Positions 19,981-28,420 of a DNA stretch of 64,000 nucleotides are shown here, one piece after another. Position 1 is the first letter of the stretch. Every line of letters begins with the position of its first letter. The notes beneath the pieces are model-generated. The model was not told the origin of the DNA and ran no database searches. It saw only the letters and a list, made by a program, of their open reading frames with translations. Both the position numbers and the translations under genes were made by a program. Location of the stretch: contig JACQQS010000017.1 in assembly GCA_016206925.1 (NCBI GenBank), forward strand, positions 2,393 to 66,392, written 5' to 3'. This DNA comes from Candidatus Omnitrophota bacterium. Its GTDB lineage: Bacteria > Omnitrophota > Omnitrophia > Omnitrophales > JACQQS01.

Positions 19981-20484
19981 ATGATCGCTGCATTTTATCT
20001 CATCTCTGTGGTTTTGATCGTCTCAGCGGTCCTTGCGGTTTCTCTACGCAATCTAATCTACTGTACACTGTGCGCATCGGTAGTCTTTATCAGCTCTGCC
20101 GCCCTCTTTTTTCTTCTGAAGGCGGACTTCATAGGCGTCGTTCAAATCCTCATCTACGTCGGCGCCGTTGCGACACTACTTTTATTTGCCGTTATGCTCA
20201 CGAAAAATCTGGTCAGCAGGCAATATTATGTCGGCCAAAAGAGAAAATGGTCTTACGGCATTTTTACGGCTTCGGCTGTACTTTGGGTGCTTATCGGTTC
20301 CATCCGTTCGCAGACAAATCTTGCGGAACTTGTCACAGCCGATCATCAACTTTCCGTCGTTTCGCTCGGAAAAGAAATGCTGACCGCGTTTTTGCTTCCT
20401 TTTGAGGTGGCGTCCCTCCTTTTAACAGCCGCCATGATCGGAGGTATCGTTATCGCCTTGGAGGAGAAAAAGAAGTCGTCATGA
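19981..20484 (+). CDS. nuoJ: complex I subunit J (copy 1)
   Basis: Polytopic, with VQILIYVGAVATLLLF and a C-terminal FEVASLLLTAAMIG. Confidence 0.85.
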   Translation: MIAAFYLISVVLIVSAVLAVSLRNLIYCTLCASVVFISSAALFFLLKADFIGVVQILIYVGAVATLLLFAVMLTKNLVSRQYYVGQKRKWSYGIFTASAVLWVLIGSIRSQTNLAELVTADHQLSVVSLGKEMLTAFLLPFEVASLLLTAAMIGGIVIALEEKKKSS

Positions 20485-20792
20485 CTATTCCGCTTTCGCA
20501 CTATTTGGCCGTAAGCGCGGCGCTCTTCTCGATAGGTCTCTTTGGAGCGCTTACACGCAGAAGCGCAATTATTGTGCTGATTGGAATTGAAATTATGATG
20601 AATGCCGCCAATTTGAATTTAATTGCTTTCTGGCGCTATTCGGACGGCACACGCGCAACCGGACAATTGTTCACGTTTTTCGGCATTACCATTGCGGCAG
20701 CCGAAGTCGCGGTCGGTTTGGCGATCGTTATCTCCGTTTACCGGCTATTTCAGTCTACAAACGTGAATGAAATCAGTGATATGAAGAAATAG
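20481..20792 (+). CDS. nuoK: complex I subunit K (copy 1)
   Basis: 103 aa, 3 TM helices. IGIEIMMNAANL and AAAEVAVGLAIV. Confidence 0.9.
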   Translation: MTIPLSHYLAVSAALFSIGLFGALTRRSAIIVLIGIEIMMNAANLNLIAFWRYSDGTRATGQLFTFFGITIAAAEVAVGLAIVISVYRLFQSTNVNEISDMKK

Positions 20793-20800
20793 GAGTGTGT

Positions 20801-20826
20801 GTCATTCCCACGAAAGCGGGGATGAC
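20801..20826. repeat. REP-like hairpin unit GTCATTCCCACGAAAGCGGGGATGAC between nuoK and nuoL
   Basis: Same unit family as 18754-18810. It is a self-complementary imperfect palindrome. Confidence 0.75.
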
Positions 20827-20836
20827 AAACTTAACC

Positions 20837-22870
20837 ATGATTCTCGATCATCTCTATCTCATACCTTTACTGCCGTTCCTGGCCACGGCATTTACGGCTT
20901 TCCTCAAAAGGCCCCAGCGCTCGCTTTCAAGCGGAACGGTTATTCTAGCCATGTCCGTGTCCTGCGTTCTTGCGCAATGGGCACTCTGGACTACAATCAC
21001 TCAAGCACACCACGGCGAAGTTTTCCGGCACGCAACCAGCTTTGAATGGCTCAGGACAGGAACGCAGGCGCTTCAGCTCGGCCTCGTCCTAGATCCTCTT
21101 TCTGCTTCAATGGTTTCCATGGTCACATTTGTTGGGCTGCTTATCTTTATCTATTCAACGGGCTATATGCACGAGGATAAGAACTACACCCGCTTTTTCT
21201 GCTTTCTGTCTCTTTTCGGAGGATCTATGCTCGGCCTCGTGCTTTCGAATAGTCTTGTTCTCATGTTTATTTTTTGGGAACTGGTGGGGGTCTGCTCCTA
21301 CGCGCTCATCGGATTCTGGTATCACAAACCGTCCGCTGCCGAAGCAGCCAAAAAGGCATTTATCACCACACGCATAGGCGATGTGGGATTCTTCATCGGC
21401 CTTCTTTATCTTTATGCGAAATCGGGAAACCTTATGCTTTTCGATTCCACCGCCGGTCTCGGCGTTCTCGACCAGGCTAATTTGGCGAAGCTGGAGCAAA
21501 TGACGGTCACGCTACCGCTTTTCGGCGTCGCAGCCGTTTCAACCGTAATTGCCCTTTTGCTTTTTTGCGGCGCCATGGGCAAATCGGCTCAGTTCCCGCT
21601 TCACGTTTGGCTGCCGGACGCCATGGAAGGCCCCACTTCCGTTTCTGCGCTCATTCATGCCGCGACCATGGTGGCTGCCGGAGTATTTATGATCGCGCGC
21701 ATGTTTCCCATTTTCGCACTGGGGACGCGTCACGGAGAGATGTCCACCGCAATGACGGTCGTTGCAAGCATCGGAAGTTTCACCGCGCTTTTTGCCGCGC
21801 TCATTGCCGTCGCGCAGAATGACATCAAGCGTGTTCTGGCTTACTCAACAATAAGTCAGTTGGGCTACATGGTTACCGGTCTAGGGCTCGGCAGTGTCGC
21901 TTCGGGATTTTTCCATCTTATCACGCATGCTTTCTTTAAAGCCCTTCTCTTTCTCGGATCGGGCAGTGTTATTCACGGCTGCCACGGTGAACAGGATATG
22001 TTGAAAATGGGAGGACTCAGAAAAACCATGCCGACAACCGCATGGACTTACTTTGTGGGAACGCTCGCGCTCGCTGGAATCTTTCCTTTATCGGGATTCT
22101 GGAGCAAGGATGAGATTCTTCTTTATGCGTACCACCAAAACAAAGCGATTTACTTTATCGGATCGGCTGGCGCATTTCTAACGGCTTTCTATATGTGCCG
22201 GCAGATCGTGCTTGTTTTCTTCGGAAAACAGCGCTCGCATGATTTCCACGCGCACGAAAGTCCTGGTTCCATGCTCTGGCCGCTCAGAATCCTGGCTTTT
22301 TTTGCAATTACACTCGGCATCGTCGGTTGCCCATATTATCGCGGAAATTTGTTCCACCACTTCATTTCACCCGAACATCACGGCTTAGAACCATCCATGA
22401 CGGTCATGCTGAGTTCAACGGTTATTGCTCTATCCGGATTGATTTTGGGATTCCTGGTCTACGGCCGATCCAAAGCCGTTGAAAAAGGAACGGATCCGCT
22501 CAGGAATACGCTTGGCCTCCTTCACATCATTCTCGAAAACAAGTTTTATTTCGACGAGCTTTACCGAAACACGGCTCTTCGTGCTGCAAACTTTCTTGCC
22601 TCATTCTTTCGCGCCTTTGATCAGCTCATCATTGACGGGATTCTCCATACGGTCGGATTCATCGCGCTCACTCTATCTACGTTTAACCAGTGGTGCGATA
22701 ATTTCTTTATTAACGGCGGTTTCGACCGGAGTTGCTCGGGCATTCTGCGGGGCGGCGAAACAATGTCGGCTTTGCAGACGGGCCGCATTCAGGATTACCT
22801 GCGATTCACAGCTTTGGGAACCGTGTTTTTTTATTTGGCGTACATGATAACCTTGATTTTGCAGCCGTGA
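20837..22870 (+). CDS. nuoL: complex I subunit L (copy 1) with a lengthened lateral-helix region
   Basis: MILDHLYLIPLLPF start (alternative ATG at 20822 inside the hairpin). [23 protein letters not shown]-terminal amphipathic region carries a 26-aa tandem duplication. Confidence 0.9.
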   Translation: MILDHLYLIPLLPFLATAFTAFLKRPQRSLSSGTVILAMSVSCVLAQWALWTTITQAHHGEVFRHATSFEWLRTGTQALQLGLVLDPLSASMVSMVTFVGLLIFIYSTGYMHEDKNYTRFFCFLSLFGGSMLGLVLSNSLVLMFIFWELVGVCSYALIGFWYHKPSAAEAAKKAFITTRIGDVGFFIGLLYLYAKSGNLMLFDSTAGLGVLDQANLAKLEQMTVTLPLFGVAAVSTVIALLLFCGAMGKSAQFPLHVWLPDAMEGPTSVSALIHAATMVAAGVFMIARMFPIFALGTRHGEMSTAMTVVASIGSFTALFAALIAVAQNDIKRVLAYSTISQLGYMVTGLGLGSVASGFFHLITHAFFKALLFLGSGSVIHGCHGEQDMLKMGGLRKTMPTTAWTYFVGTLALAGIFPLSGFWSKDEILLYAYHQNKAIYFIGSAGAFLTAFYMCRQIVLVFFGKQRSHDFHAHESPGSMLWPLRILAFFAITLGIVGCPYYRGNLFHHFISPEHHGLEPSMTVMLSSTVIALSGLILGFLVYGRSKAVEKGTDPLRNTLGLLHIILENKFYFDELYRNTALRAANFLASFFRAFDQLIIDGILHTVGFIALTLSTFNQWCDNFFINGGFDRSCSGILRGGETMSALQTGRIQDYLRFTALGTVFFYLAYMITLILQP

Positions 22871-22873
22871 TCT

Positions 22874-24421
22874 ATGGAATTGCCTGCGCTTAGCTTAATT
22901 ACATTTTCCCCGCTTGCCGGCGCATTCTTGCTGATATTTTTATCCGGCAAGGACGAAAAGATCATAAAAGGCGTTTCTTTGGCTGCAAGCTTTCTGCCTT
23001 TGATCATACTGACCAATGTGTGGTCCCGGTTTGACCCGTTGTCGGCATCACTGCAATTGATTGAGCGCGTTCCTTGGATACCGGTAATGGGCGCGGAGTA
23101 TTTTCTCGGCGTGGACGGTCTTGGCATGTTGCTCGTTCTCCTGACGGCCATTATTTCCCCCATCGCTGTCCTTGCATCTTTCGGGATACATGAGCGCCCG
23201 AAAGCATACATGCTTTTATTTCTGATTCTTCTTACAGGAATTTTTGGCGTATTCACGGCGCAAAATTTCTTTCATTTCTTCCTATACTGGGAAATCGGCC
23301 TTGTGCCCATGTTTTTTCTCATCAAGCAATGGGGCGCGGAAAACCGCGATTATGCGGCTTTTAAATTTTTCGTGTTTACGCTTTTTGGAAGTATCGCAAT
23401 GCTTCTTGCGTTCCAAGTCATCTTTCTTGCGACAGGCACGTTTGACTTTGTGAGGCTTTCCGAAATGGGCAGAAGCGGCGAGCTTTCAAAACTTCTCGCA
23501 CAATTCGCATCCAAGGCAGGAATTCCGTGGCAGGCAAGCACACTTTCCCTCATTGGATTTCTGGCCGTTTCTCTGGCATTTACAATCAAGGTGCCCATCT
23601 GGCCGTTCCATACCTGGCTCCCCGACGCACACACGCAGGCGCCAACACCGGCTTCCATAGTGCTGGCCGCTCTTCTGCTTAAAATGGGAACGTACGGTTT
23701 TTTAAGAATCGCCATGCCGCTTTTTCCGGAGACCGCCAAAGCGCTTGCTGAACCTCTGGCTTATTTCGCGCTCGCAAGCATCATATTCGGCGCGTTTGCA
23801 GCCATGGCCCAGCGGGATCTAAAACGCATGATTGCCTACTCCTCGATCAATCACATGGGTTACTGCATGCTTGGAATTTTTGCAATCGCTTCTATGTCTT
23901 CGACGGATGTTGAAGCCAAGGCCGCCGCGTTGGGAGGATCCATTCTTCAAATGTTTAACCATGGAATCACCGCTGCCGCACTTTTCTTCATGGTGGGTGT
24001 GATTTATGACCGCAAGCATACCCGCAATTTAGAGAAATTTGGAGGTCTGCGCGCCATTATGCCGGTCTATGCCGGACTTATGGTCATTTCTACATTTGCC
24101 TCTGTCGGTCTCCCCGGATTGAACGGGTTTGTAAGCGAATTCCTGATTTTCCGCGGGACTTTTGTTGTGTTTCAACCCCTTACCATTCTGGCGACGATCG
24201 GGCTGGTTGTGACGGCTTTGTACTACCTGCGCATGATCCAGCAGATGTTCCTCGGCCCGCTCAATCCGGATTGCGAAGGCCTTCCCGACATGTCAAAAAG
24301 GGAAATATTCGTCGCTTCGCCGCTCATCGCGCTTATGTTTTTGATCGGAATATGGCCGGGACCTATGCTCAAGCTTACGAATGCGGTGGCTCTCAATTTA
24401 ATCGGAGTTTTTCAGCTATGA
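22874..24421 (+). CDS. nuoM: complex I subunit M (operon 1, first copy)
   Basis: WLPDAHTQAPTPASIVLAALLLKMGTYGFLR. 515 aa. Confidence 0.9.
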   Translation: MELPALSLITFSPLAGAFLLIFLSGKDEKIIKGVSLAASFLPLIILTNVWSRFDPLSASLQLIERVPWIPVMGAEYFLGVDGLGMLLVLLTAIISPIAVLASFGIHERPKAYMLLFLILLTGIFGVFTAQNFFHFFLYWEIGLVPMFFLIKQWGAENRDYAAFKFFVFTLFGSIAMLLAFQVIFLATGTFDFVRLSEMGRSGELSKLLAQFASKAGIPWQASTLSLIGFLAVSLAFTIKVPIWPFHTWLPDAHTQAPTPASIVLAALLLKMGTYGFLRIAMPLFPETAKALAEPLAYFALASIIFGAFAAMAQRDLKRMIAYSSINHMGYCMLGIFAIASMSSTDVEAKAAALGGSILQMFNHGITAAALFFMVGVIYDRKHTRNLEKFGGLRAIMPVYAGLMVISTFASVGLPGLNGFVSEFLIFRGTFVVFQPLTILATIGLVVTALYYLRMIQQMFLGPLNPDCEGLPDMSKREIFVASPLIALMFLIGIWPGPMLKLTNAVALNLIGVFQL

Positions 24422-25962
24422 TCCTGTCTTCAACAATTTTCATCCCCCTGGGCGCTGCTACCCTCGTGATGCTTATGAAACCCCAATGGAGACGTGAAAT
24501 CAAAATCATCTCAGCCATGTCCGGGGTGCTCTGTCTCGTCATTTCCGCATACCTCTGTCTTACCTATGACACGGCTAAAGGCGGGCTTCAATTTGTCGAA
24601 ATGCGCCCATGGATTCCGACGCTCGGCGCAAGTTACTACCTCGGCGTGGACGGCATGAACCTCTCTTTAGTACTGCTTACCGCGTTCATCATGCTCACCG
24701 GAGTTTTTATCGCCTGGAATATAGACGACCGGACAAAGGAATTTTTCGCGCTTTTTCTCATTCTCGTCTCCGGCGTTTTCGGCGTGTTCGTCTCTATGGA
24801 TCTTTTTCTGCTTTTTATTTTCTACGAGCTGGCCGTTCTACCTATGTACCTCCTGATCGGCTATTGGGGTTCCACCAGAAAAGAGTACGGCGCCATGAAA
24901 CTGACGCTCTATCTTTTAGCGGGAAGCGCGCTTCTCTTTTTTGGAATGCTTGCCCTTTACTTTAAGGCCAATATCTGGAGTTTCAATCTGACCGAACTGG
25001 CAAAGATCAGCTATCCGGAATCTTTCCAGAAATGGGTTTTCCCTTTTATTTTTGTCGGCTTCGCCGTTCTCGGAGGCCTCTGGCCTTTGCACACCTGGTC
25101 CCCCGTCGGACACGTTGCGGCTCCAACTTCCGTGAGCATGCTGCACGCCGGCGTTCTTATGAAACTCGGAGCTTACGGCTGCCTCCGTGTCGCTATCCTG
25201 ACTTTCCCGCAGGGCGCTCAATTTTGGGCACCTTACATCGCTGCGCTGACGGCAGTGAATATTGTTTACGGCTCCATGGTAGCCATGGTGCAGACGGATA
25301 CAAAATATGTCATTGGATATTCCAGCGTGAGTCATATGGGATTTGTGATACTCGGACTTTGTACGCTGAACGAGGCGGGAATATCGGGCGCCGTGCTTCA
25401 AATGTTTTCGCATGGAATCATGACGGGGCTTTTCTTTGCCGTGGTCGGCCGGTTCATTTACGACCGTACGCACACACGAGAACTGAAGGACTTGGGCGGC
25501 CTTAGAAAACCCCTGCCCTGGGCTAACGTGGCGTTTATTATTGCCGGCCTGGCTTCGATGGGTCTGCCCGGCTTATCCGGCTTTATTGCCGAACTCCATA
25601 TTTTAATCGGCGTTTGGGAACGGTTCCCCCTCATTGCCGCACTCTGCGGAATTGCCATCGTCATCACCGCGGCATATATTTTGAGGGTTATTCACCGCAC
25701 ATTTTACGGAGAGCTGAATCCGAAATTTGCAAGTCTCCCGCCGGAAACCATTCAGGAAAAAGTGAGTGTTGCTATACTTTGCGCAGTGCTCATCGTAGTC
25801 GGTATATATCCCGTCGTTCTCCTTGATACCATCCACTCGGCGGTTGATCCCACGGTTAAGCTGCTTCACCACGTGCAGCCGGCGGTGCCGCTTGAGCAAA
25901 TAACGCCGCCAACAACCTCGGTTCAAGCTGTAACCGGCGCCGTAGCAACGGTGACGGTATGA
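24418..25962 (+). CDS. nuoM: complex I subunit M-like (operon 1, second, more divergent copy)
   Basis: ATGA overlap with the preceding nuoM. HTWSPVGHVAAPTSVSMLHAGVLMKLGAYG. 514 aa. Confidence 0.85.
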   Translation: MILSSTIFIPLGAATLVMLMKPQWRREIKIISAMSGVLCLVISAYLCLTYDTAKGGLQFVEMRPWIPTLGASYYLGVDGMNLSLVLLTAFIMLTGVFIAWNIDDRTKEFFALFLILVSGVFGVFVSMDLFLLFIFYELAVLPMYLLIGYWGSTRKEYGAMKLTLYLLAGSALLFFGMLALYFKANIWSFNLTELAKISYPESFQKWVFPFIFVGFAVLGGLWPLHTWSPVGHVAAPTSVSMLHAGVLMKLGAYGCLRVAILTFPQGAQFWAPYIAALTAVNIVYGSMVAMVQTDTKYVIGYSSVSHMGFVILGLCTLNEAGISGAVLQMFSHGIMTGLFFAVVGRFIYDRTHTRELKDLGGLRKPLPWANVAFIIAGLASMGLPGLSGFIAELHILIGVWERFPLIAALCGIAIVITAAYILRVIHRTFYGELNPKFASLPPETIQEKVSVAILCAVLIVVGIYPVVLLDTIHSAVDPTVKLLHHVQPAVPLEQITPPTTSVQAVTGAVATVTV

Positions 25963-27473
25963 ATTATATGACGGTTCTCTATCATTTAATTCCCGAAACT
26001 ACGATTACTATTCTCATTTTTGTCATTCTGGGCATTGATCTTTTCCTGATTAGAAATAAGCCTTTGACCTTTCGAAATCAATTCATCGGTTTGACTACAG
26101 GAATGGGTCTGGCCTTGATTACCATCTGGATTGTCCTAAAGCAGCTCCCTCTCCAGGAGCCCGTCAGGCTTCTAGGAGATATGCTTGTTTTGGATCCTAT
26201 CGCTATTTTTACGAAGATCATCCTTATGGTCATCACCGTAATCACCGTGCTCTTTGCAATAAGCGGTGACTTCACGAAGCATGTTTCTGAATTTTATGCC
26301 ATGCTTCTCTTTGCTTTGCTCGGCATGATTTTTATGATTCAGGCCGAAGAGCTCATCATGATCTTCGTCGCGCTGGAATTGACCAGCTTGAGTCTCTACA
26401 TCATGACAGCCTTCTCAACCAGACTCCGCGAATCAGCCGAAGCAGCGCTCAAATATTTCCTTTTCGGCTCGCTTTCCTCCGCTTTCATGTATTTCGGCCT
26501 CTCCTACATTTACGGTGTAACTGGGTTTACGGATCTTACCAATATTGCCGCCCATTTGACGCCGCTTCCCCGGCTCATGATTTCAACGGATCATATCCTT
26601 GTAATTGTTGGAATGCTCTTCGTTATGGTCGGATTGGGATTTAAGATCGCCGTCGTTCCTTTCCATCTCTGGGCACCCGAAGCTTATCAGGGCGCGCCGA
26701 CACCCGTAACGGCCTATATTGCGACGGGATCTAAACTGGCAAGCTTTGTAGTTCTCAGTAAAGTTCTTTTTCTGGGCTTCCGGCAGATGGAAGGTAGCAG
26801 TTTCCACTATTTTTGGGAAGCCGGATGGTCACCTTTACTCGTCACCATCAGCATTCTCTCGATGACGCTCGGAAATTTGGCGGCCATGCGGCAGAAAAAT
26901 TTAAAACGCCTTTTGGCCTATTCCAGTATTGCGCACAGCGGATATATCCTGTTGGGAGTTGTCGCGGCAACGCATATCGGTACGGTAGCCATGTTTTACT
27001 ATTTGGTCGCCTACGTGTTCACAAATCTCGGAGCATTTGGATTTATCACAGCCGTTGCCAAACACACCGGGGGCGAAAACCTTGAAAACCTGAAAGGCCT
27101 CGCGAAACGCTCGCCGCTGCTTTCGCTGCTCATGAGCATATTCGTTCTTTCCCTCGCAAGCATTCCGCCGCTCGGGGGATTTTTCGGCAAGTTCTACTTA
27201 TTTCTCTCGGTCGTCGGCCGTGATCAGGAGCGGTTCGGCCTTTTGTGGGTCGCCGGCATCGGAATTATTAACACCATGCTTTCGCTTTACTACTATTTGA
27301 AGATCTTGAAGCAGATGTACATTTTGAAATCAGACAACGAGACAAGAATCGAAATACCGTTTTACATGAGTTCCGCGCTTGCGCTTTGCGCCGTCATCGT
27401 CCTTTTGACAGGCATCTTTCCCCAGCCGCTCGTAACCATCCTCAGCCGCTCCATCACATTTTTTACCGTTTAG
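25959..27473 (+). CDS. nuoN: complex I subunit N (copy 1)
   Basis: HLWAPEAYQGAPTPVTAYIATGSKLA and LLAYSSIAHSGY. Confidence 0.9.
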   Translation: MNYMTVLYHLIPETTITILIFVILGIDLFLIRNKPLTFRNQFIGLTTGMGLALITIWIVLKQLPLQEPVRLLGDMLVLDPIAIFTKIILMVITVITVLFAISGDFTKHVSEFYAMLLFALLGMIFMIQAEELIMIFVALELTSLSLYIMTAFSTRLRESAEAALKYFLFGSLSSAFMYFGLSYIYGVTGFTDLTNIAAHLTPLPRLMISTDHILVIVGMLFVMVGLGFKIAVVPFHLWAPEAYQGAPTPVTAYIATGSKLASFVVLSKVLFLGFRQMEGSSFHYFWEAGWSPLLVTISILSMTLGNLAAMRQKNLKRLLAYSSIAHSGYILLGVVAATHIGTVAMFYYLVAYVFTNLGAFGFITAVAKHTGGENLENLKGLAKRSPLLSLLMSIFVLSLASIPPLGGFFGKFYLFLSVVGRDQERFGLLWVAGIGIINTMLSLYYYLKILKQMYILKSDNETRIEIPFYMSSALALCAVIVLLTGIFPQPLVTILSRSITFFTV

Positions 27474-27503
27474 TCTGGTTGCCATTACAGAGGCAAATCT
27501 GAG

Positions 27504-27531
27504 TTGACTTTAATTCTTATATAAGTATACT
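27504..27531 (+). promoter_or_regulatory. sigma70-type promoter candidate for nuoJKLMN cluster 2
   Basis: TTGACT (27504-27509), 16-nt spacer, TATACT (27526-27531). Confidence 0.5.
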
Positions 27532-27614
27532 TAGCGGCTTAAGCCACTTTTGTGTCTCTTTCTCCTAAGTTAACGCATTCATTGAATTAATGGATTTGAG
27601 CAGTTAGGTTTGCA

Positions 27615-28121
27615 GTGATTACTTTCTTATCTTTTATTTTCACCCTCGTCGGACTCACAACAGCCATTCTTGTGGTAACGAGCAAGGTTCCGATGAACGC
27701 CGCGCTGTTTCTCGTTGTGACTCTCTTCACCGTTGCGGCAAATTACGTTCTCCTCGGCGCTGAATTCCTGGCCGCTGTTCAGGTCATTGTCTACGCCGGC
27801 GCCATCATGGTGCTGATTATTTTTGTCATACAGCTTGTGGGTTTTCAACCTTCCAAGGACGGTTCCGTTCAGAAGCAAACCCCTATCGCCATCGTTGCCG
27901 CAGGCCTCCTATTCGTACAAATCGCTTTTTACACAGTCCGTTCGTTGACTCAACTAAACGGAATCCAGAAACCCGTCCAAGCCGCAGTCGACCACACGGC
28001 ATCCTTCAGCCAAACTCTATTCACGAAGTACCTGCTGCCTTTCGAAACGGCCTCGATACTTCTGCTCGTCGCCATTGTCGGAACGGTCCTGCTGGCACAA
28101 CACAAAGGCATCCGCGAATGA
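27615..28121 (+). CDS. nuoJ: complex I subunit J (copy 2)
   Basis: GTG start. [16 protein letters not shown] and [14 protein letters not shown]. Confidence 0.85.
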   Translation: MITFLSFIFTLVGLTTAILVVTSKVPMNAALFLVVTLFTVAANYVLLGAEFLAAVQVIVYAGAIMVLIIFVIQLVGFQPSKDGSVQKQTPIAIVAAGLLFVQIAFYTVRSLTQLNGIQKPVQAAVDHTASFSQTLFTKYLLPFETASILLLVAIVGTVLLAQHKGIRE

Positions 28122-28420
28122 ACCTGGATACCATAACGCTCATATTTGGGACGGGCCTTTTTTTCATAGGTATAACAGGCGTTCTCATCCGGAGAAACGC
28201 CATTGTCGTCTTAATGTGTATCGAACTCATCCTGAACGGCGTCAACTTAACTTTCATCACATTCAGCCACATACATGGAAACCTGGCCGGCCAGGTTGCG
28301 GCTATTTTTGTTATTGTAGTTGCGGCAGCCGAAGCAGCTGTCGGGCTTGCTATTGTCATTGCTGTATTCCGCCGTCATCCTTCCATTAACATCGATGAAT
28401 TTAACGTGCTTAAATGGTAG
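28118..28420 (+). CDS. nuoK: complex I subunit K (copy 2)
   Basis: [12 protein letters not shown] and [12 protein letters not shown]. Confidence 0.9.
   Translation: MNLDTITLIFGTGLFFIGITGVLIRRNAIVVLMCIELILNGVNLTFITFSHIHGNLAGQVAAIFVIVVAAAEAAVGLAIVIAVFRRHPSINIDEFNVLKW

Noticed and set aside
24271-24417. Upstream extension of the second nuoM ORF overlapping the first nuoM by 150 nt
   Set aside because: The extension is Arg-rich and not membrane-like. The ATG at 24418 forms an ATGA overlap with the preceding stop and starts a typical NuoM N-terminus.
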